64,000 nt of DNA, taken from Bdellovibrionota bacterium. GTDB lineage: Bacteria > Bdellovibrionota_C > UBA2361 > CAKMMH01. The DNA lies in NCBI GenBank assembly GCA_050952645.1, contig JBMNLI010000017.1, forward strand, positions 320,001-384,000, written 5' to 3'. The notes below the pieces were generated by a model. That model did not search any database and was not told the origin of the DNA. It worked only from the letters and a program-made list of their open reading frames with translations. This document shows positions 51,039-61,384 of this stretch, piece after piece; positions within the stretch are counted from its first letter, which is position 1; every line of letters begins with the position of its first letter. The translations under genes and the position numbers were made by a program.

Positions 51039-51464
51039 AATAATTATCCTTATAAAATAAAAAAATTGAAATTAAATAAATTTTACTAAATAAATTTTTA
51101 AGCTTTAAAAATGTAAAAAAGATATTCGATAAAAATCTTTTTAGGGAATATTTTTTAAAAGTTCTTTGTCGAATAACTTTAAGTTTCCTTAAGCTTAAAA
51201 TTTTTTCTTTAGCGTCTAAGCTACATTTCATATTTTACTTGCTATGGAGATAAAGGACAATAAGCTTTTTTTGTGTTAGTTTTATATTGTGTATAGAATA
51301 ATTAAGAATTTTTACAAATTGATAATTAAAGAATATAAAGTAAAAAAGGACTTTAAGTTTCAATATAGTTTTGCTTAAGCATTTCTATAGAAAATGATTG
51401 TTTGATATGATATTTTTAATTAAAAAATTGTTTTTTGCTTATTGCTTTAAATGGAAATATATTT

Positions 51465-54400
51465 ATGAATGAATTTGAAGAGTTAGAAGATAAAATATTA
51501 AAAATTATAGAAGAGCAACCAGGAATTAAGGCTAGTGATATAGCCCTGAAGATAGGATATACTCGTAAAGATGTAAATTCTATCCTTTATGGGGTTCTTA
51601 AAAAACAATGTTATCAAGATTCTGCATATAAGTGGTATTTAAATTCTCAAAGAGATATAAACAAGGTTGAAGAACCTACTATACCAGCAGATGAACGACT
51701 AGAGAATATATGCAAATATTATTTAAATTGTCTAAGCCTTGAAGAGCATAACGGTATCTCTGCATTTTTAAAATCTGAATCTTCCTTAGATTATTCTGAG
51801 CTTTCTTCAATGGCTATTGATAGTTCTGATAAAAATATTGAAGAACTAATTTGCAAAGTATCTAAAGATAGAAATTTATCTGCTTATATTGGATATCCAG
51901 TTGCAATAATAAAGATTTATGTGCACGAAAAAAAAGAGAGTTATTTGCATGTAGTACCTGTATTTTTATTTCCTGTTGATATTGTAGCGGGTGCCGTCTC
52001 AGTTACTTTAATCCCACATGTAAATATGGAAATTATAAAGCAGTATTCCTCGCGAGATATAGACAGTCAAGTATACGACCTGATTGATTTAGAGAAAGAG
52101 CTTGGTTTAAATAATGCTGATACCGATATTAGTCTAGATGAAATAGTAGCTCGCTTACAGTCGATTCGTGTTTGGCAATGGAAAGACAAATTAGATCCTT
52201 CAAATATAAGTAATGAGCCTCCGATTAATACGATTACCGAAGAAGGAATTTACAATAAAGCCGTTTTTATTGTTGCACAAAGATCACCATACACGATAGG
52301 TCTAGAATCAGAATTATCTAAATTAGCTAAACTAGATAGAGCTTCTTATCGTGGAACGGCGTTGTATGATTGGTTAAACCATGATGCTATTTTAGATTCT
52401 AATAGTATAGCTTCTGATGAGACAGTGTCTGATAACGATCCATTGTTTGAAGTTTTACCAATGAACTTAGAACAGGAACAGGCTATTCGTCAAGCTATGA
52501 ATAGTAAATTAACGGTAGTAACTGGGCCGCCAGGGACTGGTAAATCGCAAGTTGTCGTTAATCTCATTGCCAACGTATCTTTAGCTGGAAAAAGTGCCAT
52601 ATTTACGAGTAGGAATAATAAAGCTGTTGATGTAGTTGAGGCAAGGGTCAATTCGCTTAGTCGACGTCCTATCATGCTTCGTATTGGTGGAAATCGATAT
52701 GGGTATCGTTTAGCTGAGTTAATATCTGATTTACTTACGTGTTTAGCCGATCAAAATGATCAACAAGAACATGAAAGATATTATTTTCTTTATCAAAATA
52801 AATTGACCACGTATCAAAATTTAAAGAAGAAAAAGGAAAATACTATTGCTCTACGAAATCATGCTGATCGTATGGAGCAAAAGTTTTGTGAGTTGCGTAA
52901 TGAGTGGGGAAAATGGTTTAATGTTATTTCTAGTTTAGAAGCCGATGCTTTTGAATTAACCTTTAAAGAGTACTGCTCTGCTTACGATGAATGGAAAAAA
53001 TCTAAAAATTCATTTTTTGGTAAGTTGTTCTGGTTTATAATTGGAAAGAGTAAAACGACTGAACTCGACACTAAACTTTCCCTACTTAATGAATACTTTG
53101 AAAAGTATGAGCAACAAATAGTGTCATCTAGTAGCGTTTTGCTAGATTCTAAATCACATAAGAAAATTTATGATAGGGGACAGTATATCATATATTCCTT
53201 ACAAACGCTTGGTGAATACAAGGAATCACTTAACGATTTATTAAAAGCACCACAATTAGAAGATATTGACCGTGAACTTCTGGCAATAAAATCTGATTTA
53301 GCTAATATTGCTGGTAAACTATGGAATAAATGGCTAATGACTCGTCCTTTGTGTATAGATGCATCCTGTCGCAGTGAAATGAATGAATATGTATCTGTAA
53401 TGGACTTAATTGGAGATGTAGATCTTGCCGATTATCCAGATATAAAAAAGAAATTTTATCATCTTCAACGTAAGATGACCACCTTTTTACCTTGCTGGGC
53501 AGTAACATCTTTGTCTGCTAAAAGTAAAGTGCCGTTTAAACCAGGGATATTTGATTTAGTCGTTATTGATGAAGCAAGTCAGTGCGATATTGCATCTGCC
53601 CTTCCTATGCTATACCGAGCAAAACGTGCCGTTATTATAGGCGACCCTAGACAACTAAGTCATATTAGCACAATTTCAAAAGTGCAAGATTTAAGTCTGC
53701 TTCAGAAATATAATGTAGATATGGGATGGTCGTATTCTGCAAATTCGTTGTATATGATAGCAAGTAGTAGGTCTTCTCCAGAACAAATCGTTAAGCTTAG
53801 AGATCATCACAGGAGCTTTAGTGATATTATTGAGTTTTCAAATAAAGAATTTTATGAAGGGAAGTTACGTGTTGCAACTAATTATGATACGCTTAATCGC
53901 CCAAAAAATATTGAGCTTGGTATTCGATGGATAGATGTCGTAGGGCAGACTATTCGTCCACATAATGGAAGTGCATACAATGATTTAGAAGTAGCAAAAA
54001 TAGTCGAGGAAATTGAGCGTTTAGTGATAGATGATGACTATAAAGGCACGATAGGTGTTGTCACGCCATTTAAAGCGCAGGCAGAAAAAATTGAGAGAGC
54101 CGTTAGTAAAAATCCAGAGCTAAGAAATGCTTTAATAAAAAACAATTTTCTTGTTGATACTGTTCATAAGTTTCAAGGCGATGAAAGAGATTTAATATTC
54201 TTTTCTCCAGTGATTTCTGAAGGAATGAACCAAGGTGCGTTAGCTTTCTTAAAAAACACTGGAAATCTCTTTAATGTTGCTATTACTAGAGCCCGAGCAG
54301 TTTTGGTTGTAGTTGGTAATTTTTATTTTTGTGCAAAATGTGGTATCCCATATATGGAGCGTTTTGTAGCCCACGTTAATGAGATTAAATCACGTGAAGT

Positions 54401-54785
54401 GCATGAACAGATAGCTATCAATAATCAATATCTTTCTGAACGAAAGTATCCACAAGTAGCAAATCCTGAACAAGTTTCAGATTGGGAACGTCTTTTTTAT
54501 ACAGCTTTATTCGATCAAGGTATTCAGACTATTCCTCAGTATCCTGTAGATAAATATAAGTTAGATTTTGCAATTATTAAAGAAGACCGAATGCTTGATA
54601 TTGAAATTGATGGTGAAATGTATCATAGGGACTGGAATGGAGAGTTGAGCTACAGGGATCAGCTTCGCAATCAGCGATTATTTGAGCTCGGTTGGGATGT
54701 AAGGCGATTTTGGGTATATCAAATCCGTGATGATTTACAAAGTTGTGTTGAACAGGTTAGAGAGTGGTGCGATATGGTGCAATAA
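51465..54785 (+). CDS. SF1 (Upf1/DNA2-like) helicase with N-terminal Z-alpha-like winged helix and C-terminal Vsr/DUF559-like nuclease
   Basis: GPPGTGKS, DEASQ, GDPRQL, HHRS, TVHKFQGDE, NVAITRAR; C-terminal QYPVDKYKLDFAI...IEIDGEMYH...DQLRNQRLFELGWDVRRFW. Confidence 0.9.
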   Translation: MNEFEELEDKILKIIEEQPGIKASDIALKIGYTRKDVNSILYGVLKKQCYQDSAYKWYLNSQRDINKVEEPTIPADERLENICKYYLNCLSLEEHNGISAFLKSESSLDYSELSSMAIDSSDKNIEELICKVSKDRNLSAYIGYPVAIIKIYVHEKKESYLHVVPVFLFPVDIVAGAVSVTLIPHVNMEIIKQYSSRDIDSQVYDLIDLEKELGLNNADTDISLDEIVARLQSIRVWQWKDKLDPSNISNEPPINTITEEGIYNKAVFIVAQRSPYTIGLESELSKLAKLDRASYRGTALYDWLNHDAILDSNSIASDETVSDNDPLFEVLPMNLEQEQAIRQAMNSKLTVVTGPPGTGKSQVVVNLIANVSLAGKSAIFTSRNNKAVDVVEARVNSLSRRPIMLRIGGNRYGYRLAELISDLLTCLADQNDQQEHERYYFLYQNKLTTYQNLKKKKENTIALRNHADRMEQKFCELRNEWGKWFNVISSLEADAFELTFKEYCSAYDEWKKSKNSFFGKLFWFIIGKSKTTELDTKLSLLNEYFEKYEQQIVSSSSVLLDSKSHKKIYDRGQYIIYSLQTLGEYKESLNDLLKAPQLEDIDRELLAIKSDLANIAGKLWNKWLMTRPLCIDASCRSEMNEYVSVMDLIGDVDLADYPDIKKKFYHLQRKMTTFLPCWAVTSLSAKSKVPFKPGIFDLVVIDEASQCDIASALPMLYRAKRAVIIGDPRQLSHISTISKVQDLSLLQKYNVDMGWSYSANSLYMIASSRSSPEQIVKLRDHHRSFSDIIEFSNKEFYEGKLRVATNYDTLNRPKNIELGIRWIDVVGQTIRPHNGSAYNDLEVAKIVEEIERLVIDDDYKGTIGVVTPFKAQAEKIERAVSKNPELRNALIKNNFLVDTVHKFQGDERDLIFFSPVISEGMNQGALAFLKNTGNLFNVAITRARAVLVVVGNFYFCAKCGIPYMERFVAHVNEIKSREVHEQIAINNQYLSERKYPQVANPEQVSDWERLFYTALFDQGIQTIPQYPVDKYKLDFAIIKEDRMLDIEIDGEMYHRDWNGELSYRDQLRNQRLFELGWDVRRFWVYQIRDDLQSCVEQVREWCDMVQ

Positions 54786-54942
54786 TAGGTAGATATGGCT
54801 TTGTCATATCGATTATATTGTGATTATATTAAGATACTAAAACGTCCTAAGATAAAATGAGATTAACTAATAATAAAAAAGAAAACATCTGTTTTTTTTA
54901 AGTTAGTTTAAAACCTAGATTGCTTCGATGATTATTTAGTTT

Positions 54943-55373
54943 TGGTGGAGATGAGGGGATTCGAACCCCCGTCCAGAAAAGTTTCGCACTATAGCTTTCT
55001 ACAACGTTTAGTTTTCGTCAAGTTTTTTAGTTGCCTAAAAAGTTTTTCATTTTCCTATTTTCCGAAAACTAAAAATAGAAAAATTAACTTTGCTAAATTT
55101 TCACTTATAAAACGCAAAGTCGATTTTATAAGCTAGCTTCGCTAAATTATAAGCCAATATAAAAACGCGAAAGCTTTAAGATTTTTATATCAGCCGCCCT
55201 AGTGAAATTTCAGTAAGGCTAATTAAAAAAGCGCCCACATTAAGCAGCAAGTGCTTTAGGAGCAAAGTCTTTTTTATTTGCATTTAATTTTTTACGGCTT
55301 TTTTACTAGGCCAACCGTCCCTAGACGTGCTTACTATAGACTATTTCAATTCTGTCGAAACCAAAGCATCCCC
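54943..55373 (-). ncRNA. ssrA: tmRNA
   Basis: 5' GGGGATGCTTTGGTTTCGAC; 3' GGGGTTCGAATCCCCTCATCTCCACCA (Ala acceptor with G-U pair); tag frame 55281-55240 = ANKKDFAPKALAA*. Confidence 0.95.
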
Positions 55374-55552
55374 ATGCTTTTTATATAATACTACAAAAAA
55401 ATTTATATACAAAACTTATATACAAAATTTTATATTAAAATCTTAATGGTTAGAATATCGTACAATTATGATGCAAAAGTCAAGCAAAAAGTTAGGTTGT
55501 CCTTATTATTTTTTTTATATAAAATTTTGTTAATAAAAACAAAGGAGAGCTT

Positions 55553-56089
55553 ATGGATTTTTTAGTTAGCGAAAAAGATAAAGTTAAACTTATAAAGAAA
55601 CTTTTAGACGATAATGAATGCGTTCTAATTTTTTTAAATACTAGTAATAAAAAATTAGAAATCCCAGATTATTTAAAAGATGCCCCCTCAACTACTTTAC
55701 AAATAAGCTTGCTTTTCCAAGGAAATATGTTCTTGTTAGATGAAGGTATAAAGGTAAGTTTGATTTTTGAAAGTGATTACGAAGAATGCTTTATTCCTTG
55801 GAGCGCTATATGGGGAGCTAAAGGAGAAGAAGATAGTAATACTAATTTATGGCTCGAAAGTATGCCTAAGGAAATAAAAGATACAATCTTAGAACTTGGA
55901 ACTGAAATTAAGGAAATCTTAAGCGTAAACGATAATAATGAAAGTTATAAAGAAAACAAAGAAGAAAATAACAAAGAAAATAACAAAGAAGATAAAAAAG
56001 AAAACAAAGAAGAAAACAAAGCACAAACTAAAAAGAAAAAATTTTCTAAAAAAGCCACTAAGTATTCTGGTTTTTCAATAATTAAATAA
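55553..56089 (+). CDS. SspB-like ClpXP adaptor
   Basis: IPDYL...TLQIS...GIKVSLIF...CFIPWSAIWG core, then a charged linker and short C-terminal tail (FSIIK). Confidence 0.7.
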   Translation: MDFLVSEKDKVKLIKKLLDDNECVLIFLNTSNKKLEIPDYLKDAPSTTLQISLLFQGNMFLLDEGIKVSLIFESDYEECFIPWSAIWGAKGEEDSNTNLWLESMPKEIKDTILELGTEIKEILSVNDNNESYKENKEENNKENNKEDKKENKEENKAQTKKKKFSKKATKYSGFSIIK

Positions 56090-56108
56090 ATTTTAAAATA
56101 CTAGTTTT

Positions 56109-56729
56109 ATGCATAAAATTTTAGATAATGAAAATACAAAAAAACGTTGCTCTTGGGTAAATTTAAATAATAAAGATTACGTTAAATACCACGACGAAGA
56201 ATGGGGCGTCCCCGTGCACGATGATAGGCTTTTGTTTGAAACACTTTCTTTAGAATGTTTCGTTTCAGGCTTGTCTTGGGAATGCGTCTTAAACAAAAGA
56301 AAGGCTTTTAAAGTGGCATTTGATAACTTCGATGCTTTAAAAGTATCAAAATACGATGAGAAAAAAATCAAAGAACTAGTAGAAAATAAGTTAATTATCC
56401 GCCACGCAGGAAAGATAAAAGCAACCATAAACAATGCACAAGTTTTTTTAGATGTAGCTAAAGAATATAAAAGTTTTAATAATTACATTTGGCATTTTAC
56501 TAATGGTAAAACCATTGTAGCAAATGGCATAGAAACCACTTCTAGCCTTTCAGATGCGATTTCAAAAGATCTTAAAAAAAGAGGTATGAAGTTCGTAGGT
56601 TCTACTACAGTCTACTCGTTTCTTGCAGCCATTGGGGTTATAAACGCACACCAAAAAGATTGCTTCCTTAAGCTAGAGGGCTTCGCTGTAACAAAAACAA
56701 AAAAGTCAATACTAAAAGATAAAAAATAG
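56109..56729 (+). CDS. tag: DNA-3-methyladenine glycosylase I
   Basis: RCSW, YHDEEWG, LFETLSLE, GLSW, IIRHAGKI, KFVGSTT, NAH..DC. Confidence 0.96.
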   Translation: MHKILDNENTKKRCSWVNLNNKDYVKYHDEEWGVPVHDDRLLFETLSLECFVSGLSWECVLNKRKAFKVAFDNFDALKVSKYDEKKIKELVENKLIIRHAGKIKATINNAQVFLDVAKEYKSFNNYIWHFTNGKTIVANGIETTSSLSDAISKDLKKRGMKFVGSTTVYSFLAAIGVINAHQKDCFLKLEGFAVTKTKKSILKDKK

Positions 56730-56843
56730 TCTAATAAATACAAATAGTTAAAAAATAAACAAACTTTGTTTGAAATAAATCTTTAAAAGTCTTGATTAGT
56801 CTTTTACAAAACGCAAATGGGATGAAAAAAGTAAAAGGGGAAA

Positions 56844-57185
56844 ATGAAAATGGCTTTAAAAGATTTATCAACATTAAGAAACACATTTAGTGAAGACAAC
56901 ATTGAAATAGAAAATCAAGAAGTTGAGGTAGGTGGAACGTATCCAATTTACGGAATGATAACTAAATTTTTAGATCAAAAAGATGATTGCTTAGAAGTTG
57001 AAATTAATTTTTCTATCAAAGCACAAATGGTAGTTCCAGATAGCGATAATGTAGAGATTTTAAAGAAACGCTCTTTTGAGCCAGGGATTTTTATCTCTGA
57101 GGTTTTATCGAAAGAACAAAGCGGTATACAAGTAAAATGCAATACCGTAGTTTTTGGAAAACAAGAAGAGCATGAAATAAATTAA
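56844..57185 (+). CDS. Hypothetical protein
   Basis: 113-aa ORF with AAGGGG RBS. Confidence 0.7.
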   Translation: MKMALKDLSTLRNTFSEDNIEIENQEVEVGGTYPIYGMITKFLDQKDDCLEVEINFSIKAQMVVPDSDNVEILKKRSFEPGIFISEVLSKEQSGIQVKCNTVVFGKQEEHEIN

Positions 57186-57421
57186 GATTTTAAAATAAAA
57201 AGTTATTAAAATAAAAAGTTGTCCGTCCCCACTCGCAAATAGGAAAACTTTTGAAAGTAAAAATAAAAAAAACTCCCTACTTTAAGTAAAAAGGATAAAT
57301 AAAAGGATAAATAGTAAGAAAGCACTTTCATATAAAGATAGTGCTTTTTTGTTGTTTATTCTATTTATATATTTTTATGCTTTTAAAGTTTTAAAGTTTT
57401 ACACTTTTATATTTTTATGTT

Positions 57422-58459
57422 TTATACTTTTAAGTTTTTAATCACAACCATATAAGGGGTAAATCCTCCTTGATATACTCGCCCTTTTTCTATAATTTTT
57501 AAATTACAAGATTTTATTGCTAGCTCTAAATTTTTTATATCTTGCGTAATAACGCCAATGTTCCCGTTTTTTACTACTACTCTAGAGAGTTCTTTTAAAA
57601 CATCTTCGTATAATTTAAAGTTGTCTTTAATATTTCCTATATTTTCTCCCCAAGGAAGATCTGAAAGTGCTATATCGAACTCGCTGTCCGAAAAATTTAA
57701 TTTTCTAGCATCCATATTATAAACTTCAATATTTTTTAACTTTGAATTTAAAATATGAGCATCGCAAATTTTTAACACTTCCTCGTTATTATCCACACCT
57801 ACAATTTTGCTAAGTTTATTTCTGTTTCCTGCTTCTATTAAAATAGTTCCCGAGCCGCACATTGCATTTAGTAATTTATCGCCTTTTTTAGGTTTAATTA
57901 AATCGTATAAAACATTTGCTATTATAGGGTTTAAAGCCCCACGAAAATTTTTAGTTCGCCAAGACCTATAACTTAGCGGTCTAGAAGAAACTCTGATTAA
58001 AACTTCCCAAGCCAAAAAATTTTTATTAGGGGTTCTTCTAAATCTTATAAGCATATCGCCGTTTTGATTGTCGCACGTAAGCCCTGTAAAGTGAGTGATT
58101 TTTTCTGCGATAGTTTTAAAAGTTTCGGAAGCACTCCCAGCTGCACTTATTCTGAAACTAGAGGGTTTAAAATCTAAAGAGTTTTCCGAAGCCTTTTGAA
58201 TATGCAAACAAATATCTGATAGATATTTTATATTTAGCAAACTCCCTGGGCCTTTCACTTTGTAGCATAATAAGTAATATATATTAACGATTTTTTTTAA
58301 GGTTTTTAATTTACCATAATCTTCATTAGCACTAAAAATAATAAGCTCATCATCGTTAGTATCGAAAATTTGAGTATTTTTGCCAAGTTTTAATATCTCG
58401 GCTTGTGCAAAATCTTTAGTGCCTTTTAAGCAATCACAAGCAAATAGCAAAGTATTCAT
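57422..58459 (-). CDS. SAM-dependent RNA methyltransferase (UPF0020, Trm14/RlmL-like)
   Basis: LSYRSWR, GALNPIIA, NAMCGSGTILIE, DLPWG. Confidence 0.85.
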   Translation of the reverse strand: MNTLLFACDCLKGTKDFAQAEILKLGKNTQIFDTNDDELIIFSANEDYGKLKTLKKIVNIYYLLCYKVKGPGSLLNIKYLSDICLHIQKASENSLDFKPSSFRISAAGSASETFKTIAEKITHFTGLTCDNQNGDMLIRFRRTPNKNFLAWEVLIRVSSRPLSYRSWRTKNFRGALNPIIANVLYDLIKPKKGDKLLNAMCGSGTILIEAGNRNKLSKIVGVDNNEEVLKICDAHILNSKLKNIEVYNMDARKLNFSDSEFDIALSDLPWGENIGNIKDNFKLYEDVLKELSRVVVKNGNIGVITQDIKNLELAIKSCNLKIIEKGRVYQGGFTPYMVVIKNLKV

Positions 58460-58643
58460 CAGTTTTTTAAACTCCTAATTATTTTTTTTATCTTTAATCT
58501 TTGTTTTTTTATCTTTGTTTTTATCTTTCGTTTTTTATTTTACGTTTTACTATCTTACCATATTATAAATATTAGATTATAATGGCTAGTTATAAGTGAT
58601 TATAATTATGCATAATATATAAAATATTAAGGGAAAAATCATT

Positions 58644-60107
58644 ATGACACAAATACCAGAATATCAATTTGACCTTCCAACTATTTCAGGTTATGAAAAA
58701 GAAGTAGAAGAAGTGATTTTACAAAATAAAGATAGGAATTTTTATTTAGAAAGCTCGCCTTATGATTTTTCTAAAATTAGAGGAGTAGCAAGCATTGCGC
58801 TTCATTGTCATCAACCACTTATTCCTGCGGGAGGAGGGGATAATTTAGAGACTGCAAGTTTTATAAGTAATTTAAAATATATGATGGACAATCAAGGGAT
58901 TGGAGATAATCACAACGCGCCAGTGTTCCTTTGGTGTTATAAGCGTATCGGAGAGTTTATCCCCGAGCTTTCAGCTGAGGGAAAAGAGCCAAGATGTATG
59001 CTCGAGTATACAGGGGAGCTTTTATATGGGCTTCGTAATATGGGTGCCCACGATGTGATAGACTCGCTTAAATCCATAACTTGCGATAGCCGTTATAATC
59101 GCTATATCGAGTGGTTAGGTTGCCCTTGGGGACATGCAGTAGCCCCTTCGACGCCAATGCAAGACTTTAAGCTCCATGTGAAAGCTTGGCAACAATATTT
59201 TGCTTCAATCTTCGGGTTAGAAGCACTAGCTAGAGTTAGAGGGTTTTCTCCATCTGAGATGGCTCTTCCAAATCATCCAGACACCGCCTATGAATACGTA
59301 AAAGTTCTAAAAGAGTGTGGTTTTAAGTGGTTACTAGTTCAAGAGCACACGATTGAGCTATTAAATGGAGAGGGCGTTAAGTTAAAGCATATTCCGCATA
59401 GACTAGTTTGTAAAAATTCTGATGGTAAAGAAGAAAGTATAGTAGTCTTAATAAAGACGCAAGGAAGCGACACTAAGCTTGTAGCTCAAATGCAGCCGTT
59501 TTACGAGGCTCAAAGTTTTGAACGTTTAGATTTCGCTAGGAAAAACATTCCTATGTGCGCAACGCAAATAGCCGACGGTGAAAATGGGGGAGTTATGATG
59601 AACGAGTTCCCACCTAAGTTTAAAGAGGTTTCTAGGCAGCTTACTAGAGATTCCGATGTAGTGCTTATGAATGGAAGTGAATATTTAGAGCATTTTTTTA
59701 ACACAGGGATTAAGGAAGAAGATTTGCCAGCCGTGCAGCCTATGCATCAAAAAAAGCTTTGGGATAATTTTAATGTAGGAGATGGTAGAGAGAAATTAGA
59801 AAGCGTTATAAGTGAGATTTCAAGGCATGATCATTTATTTAATATGGAAGGGGGAAGTTGGACTAACGACATTTCATGGGTTAGAGGATATGAAAATGTT
59901 TTAGGTCCAATGGAGAAAGTGAGCGTGTTATTTAATGAAAAAATTATAAATAATAATATTCCTACGAGAGATGAAAGATTTGCAAACGCTTTGTTTTTAC
60001 TAATGTGCTCCCAAACTAGTTGTTTTAGATATTGGGGACAAGGCACTTGGACCGATTACGCTAGAGAGATTTGTAGGCGTGGCGAGGCGTATTTAAATGG
60101 GATTTAA
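58644..60107 (+). CDS. Glycoside hydrolase family 57-like protein
   Basis: HCHQP, GFSPSEM, QIADGENGG and QTSCFRYWG motifs. Confidence 0.85.
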   Translation: MTQIPEYQFDLPTISGYEKEVEEVILQNKDRNFYLESSPYDFSKIRGVASIALHCHQPLIPAGGGDNLETASFISNLKYMMDNQGIGDNHNAPVFLWCYKRIGEFIPELSAEGKEPRCMLEYTGELLYGLRNMGAHDVIDSLKSITCDSRYNRYIEWLGCPWGHAVAPSTPMQDFKLHVKAWQQYFASIFGLEALARVRGFSPSEMALPNHPDTAYEYVKVLKECGFKWLLVQEHTIELLNGEGVKLKHIPHRLVCKNSDGKEESIVVLIKTQGSDTKLVAQMQPFYEAQSFERLDFARKNIPMCATQIADGENGGVMMNEFPPKFKEVSRQLTRDSDVVLMNGSEYLEHFFNTGIKEEDLPAVQPMHQKKLWDNFNVGDGREKLESVISEISRHDHLFNMEGGSWTNDISWVRGYENVLGPMEKVSVLFNEKIINNNIPTRDERFANALFLLMCSQTSCFRYWGQGTWTDYAREICRRGEAYLNGI

Positions 60108-60116
60108 CTTAAGCGT

Positions 60117-60270
60117 TCCTTGGTTTTACGTATAAAATTTAATTTTAACTTTATAATCTACTCAAAATAATTTAAAAAATTAAGAAACACTCACATAAAT
60201 TATCAAAAATAGCGGACGTAAAACAAGGAGAAGTTTGGGTTAGAGAGTGCGTATTTACGTATGCTATTTT
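60117..60270. repeat. Dispersed MITE-like intergenic repeat with terminal inverted repeats
   Basis: TCCTTGGTTTTACGT (60117) / ACGTAAAACAAGGA (60216-60229). The interior is colinear with 21078-21183, and an extra inverted core lies at 60250-60270. Confidence 0.65.
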
Positions 60271-60326
60271 AATAAACTATATGATTTAATAAATTTTTGA
60301 TTTAATAATTTATATTAAGTGTTTTT

Positions 60327-61322
60327 TTAATTTTCGATAGACGCTTTTACTCTTTTTAGTCCCTCATTGATGCTTACTTTAGGTTTATAGCCTAAATCTT
60401 TTTTCGTGTTAGTAATATCAAAGTAGTGATGAGTAGTCATCTCAACTATTAAAAATCTTGTAAATAATGGTTTAGAAGATGGAATTATTTTTGAAAATAT
60501 CTCTAAAACGCTCGCTACACTTAAAGCTAATTTCTTAGAAACTTTTTTAGTGATAGGCTTTTCCCCGAAAGTAGCTAAAATCTTATTTACAAAATCCCAA
60601 AGTTTTATAGGCTCATCTTGAGTTACGAAATAAATATTAGAACTTAAATTTTCGTTTTTCTCTAAAGCCTCAAGTGCTAATATATGAGCATCTACGCAAT
60701 CATCTATATAAGAACAATCTACAATATTTTCTCCATCGCCAACTTTCCTAACTTTTCCGCCTCTAGCCTTTTTTAAAATTGTAGGAATAAGGTTAGTGTC
60801 CCCAGGCCCCCAAATTAAGTGGGGTCTAAGCACTATGGTAAGAGGTGATTTTTCCTTTCCTACGCTAACGATAAGCTTTTCCGCCTCAGCTTTAGTTTGT
60901 GGATAATACGCATCGTATTTGTTGGGATACGGATAATCTTCCTTAACGTTTTCTAGCCCCTCATCGGTAGTTATTACGGATGGAGAACTAGTGTAAATTA
61001 AGTATTTAATATTATGCTCTTTGCAAGCCTTGATAATATTTTTAGTTCCTAAAATGTTAGTCTTATAAAAATCGTTATATCGTCCCCACATATCAACCTT
61101 TGAAGCTACATGAAAAACCGCATAAACATCTAAGAAAAAATCTTTTATCTTTTCGTATTCATCACCAATATTGCCCTGACAAGAAATAACGCCTAACTTT
61201 TCTAACTCTTCATAACGTTTCCTAGAAAGAGAACGAACCTCATAGCCTTTCTTTAAAAGCTCTTTAACTAAAGCCTTTCCTACGAACCCTCCGCCACCAG
61301 TTACTAAAATAGTTTTTTTCAT
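60327..61322 (-). CDS. NAD-dependent epimerase / 3-beta-HSD family (OleD-like) extended SDR
   Basis: TGGGGFVG, YTSSPSV, YPQTK, LRPHLIWGPGD. Confidence 0.92.
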   Translation of the reverse strand: MKKTILVTGGGGFVGKALVKELLKKGYEVRSLSRKRYEELEKLGVISCQGNIGDEYEKIKDFFLDVYAVFHVASKVDMWGRYNDFYKTNILGTKNIIKACKEHNIKYLIYTSSPSVITTDEGLENVKEDYPYPNKYDAYYPQTKAEAEKLIVSVGKEKSPLTIVLRPHLIWGPGDTNLIPTILKKARGGKVRKVGDGENIVDCSYIDDCVDAHILALEALEKNENLSSNIYFVTQDEPIKLWDFVNKILATFGEKPITKKVSKKLALSVASVLEIFSKIIPSSKPLFTRFLIVEMTTHHYFDITNTKKDLGYKPKVSINEGLKRVKASIEN

Positions 61323-61384
61323 AAATTATTTCTCCTTGATTTAGTATTTAGCCTAAATTTAGCTAGTTCTTCGTTGTTTATTGT

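Noticed and set aside
54942..55136. 64-aa ORF MVEMRGFEPPS, or a tRNA gene
   Set aside because: It is the antisense of the tmRNA tRNA-like 3' end.
57790..57798. DnaA box TTATCCACA
   Set aside because: A single copy inside a CDS, with no cluster.
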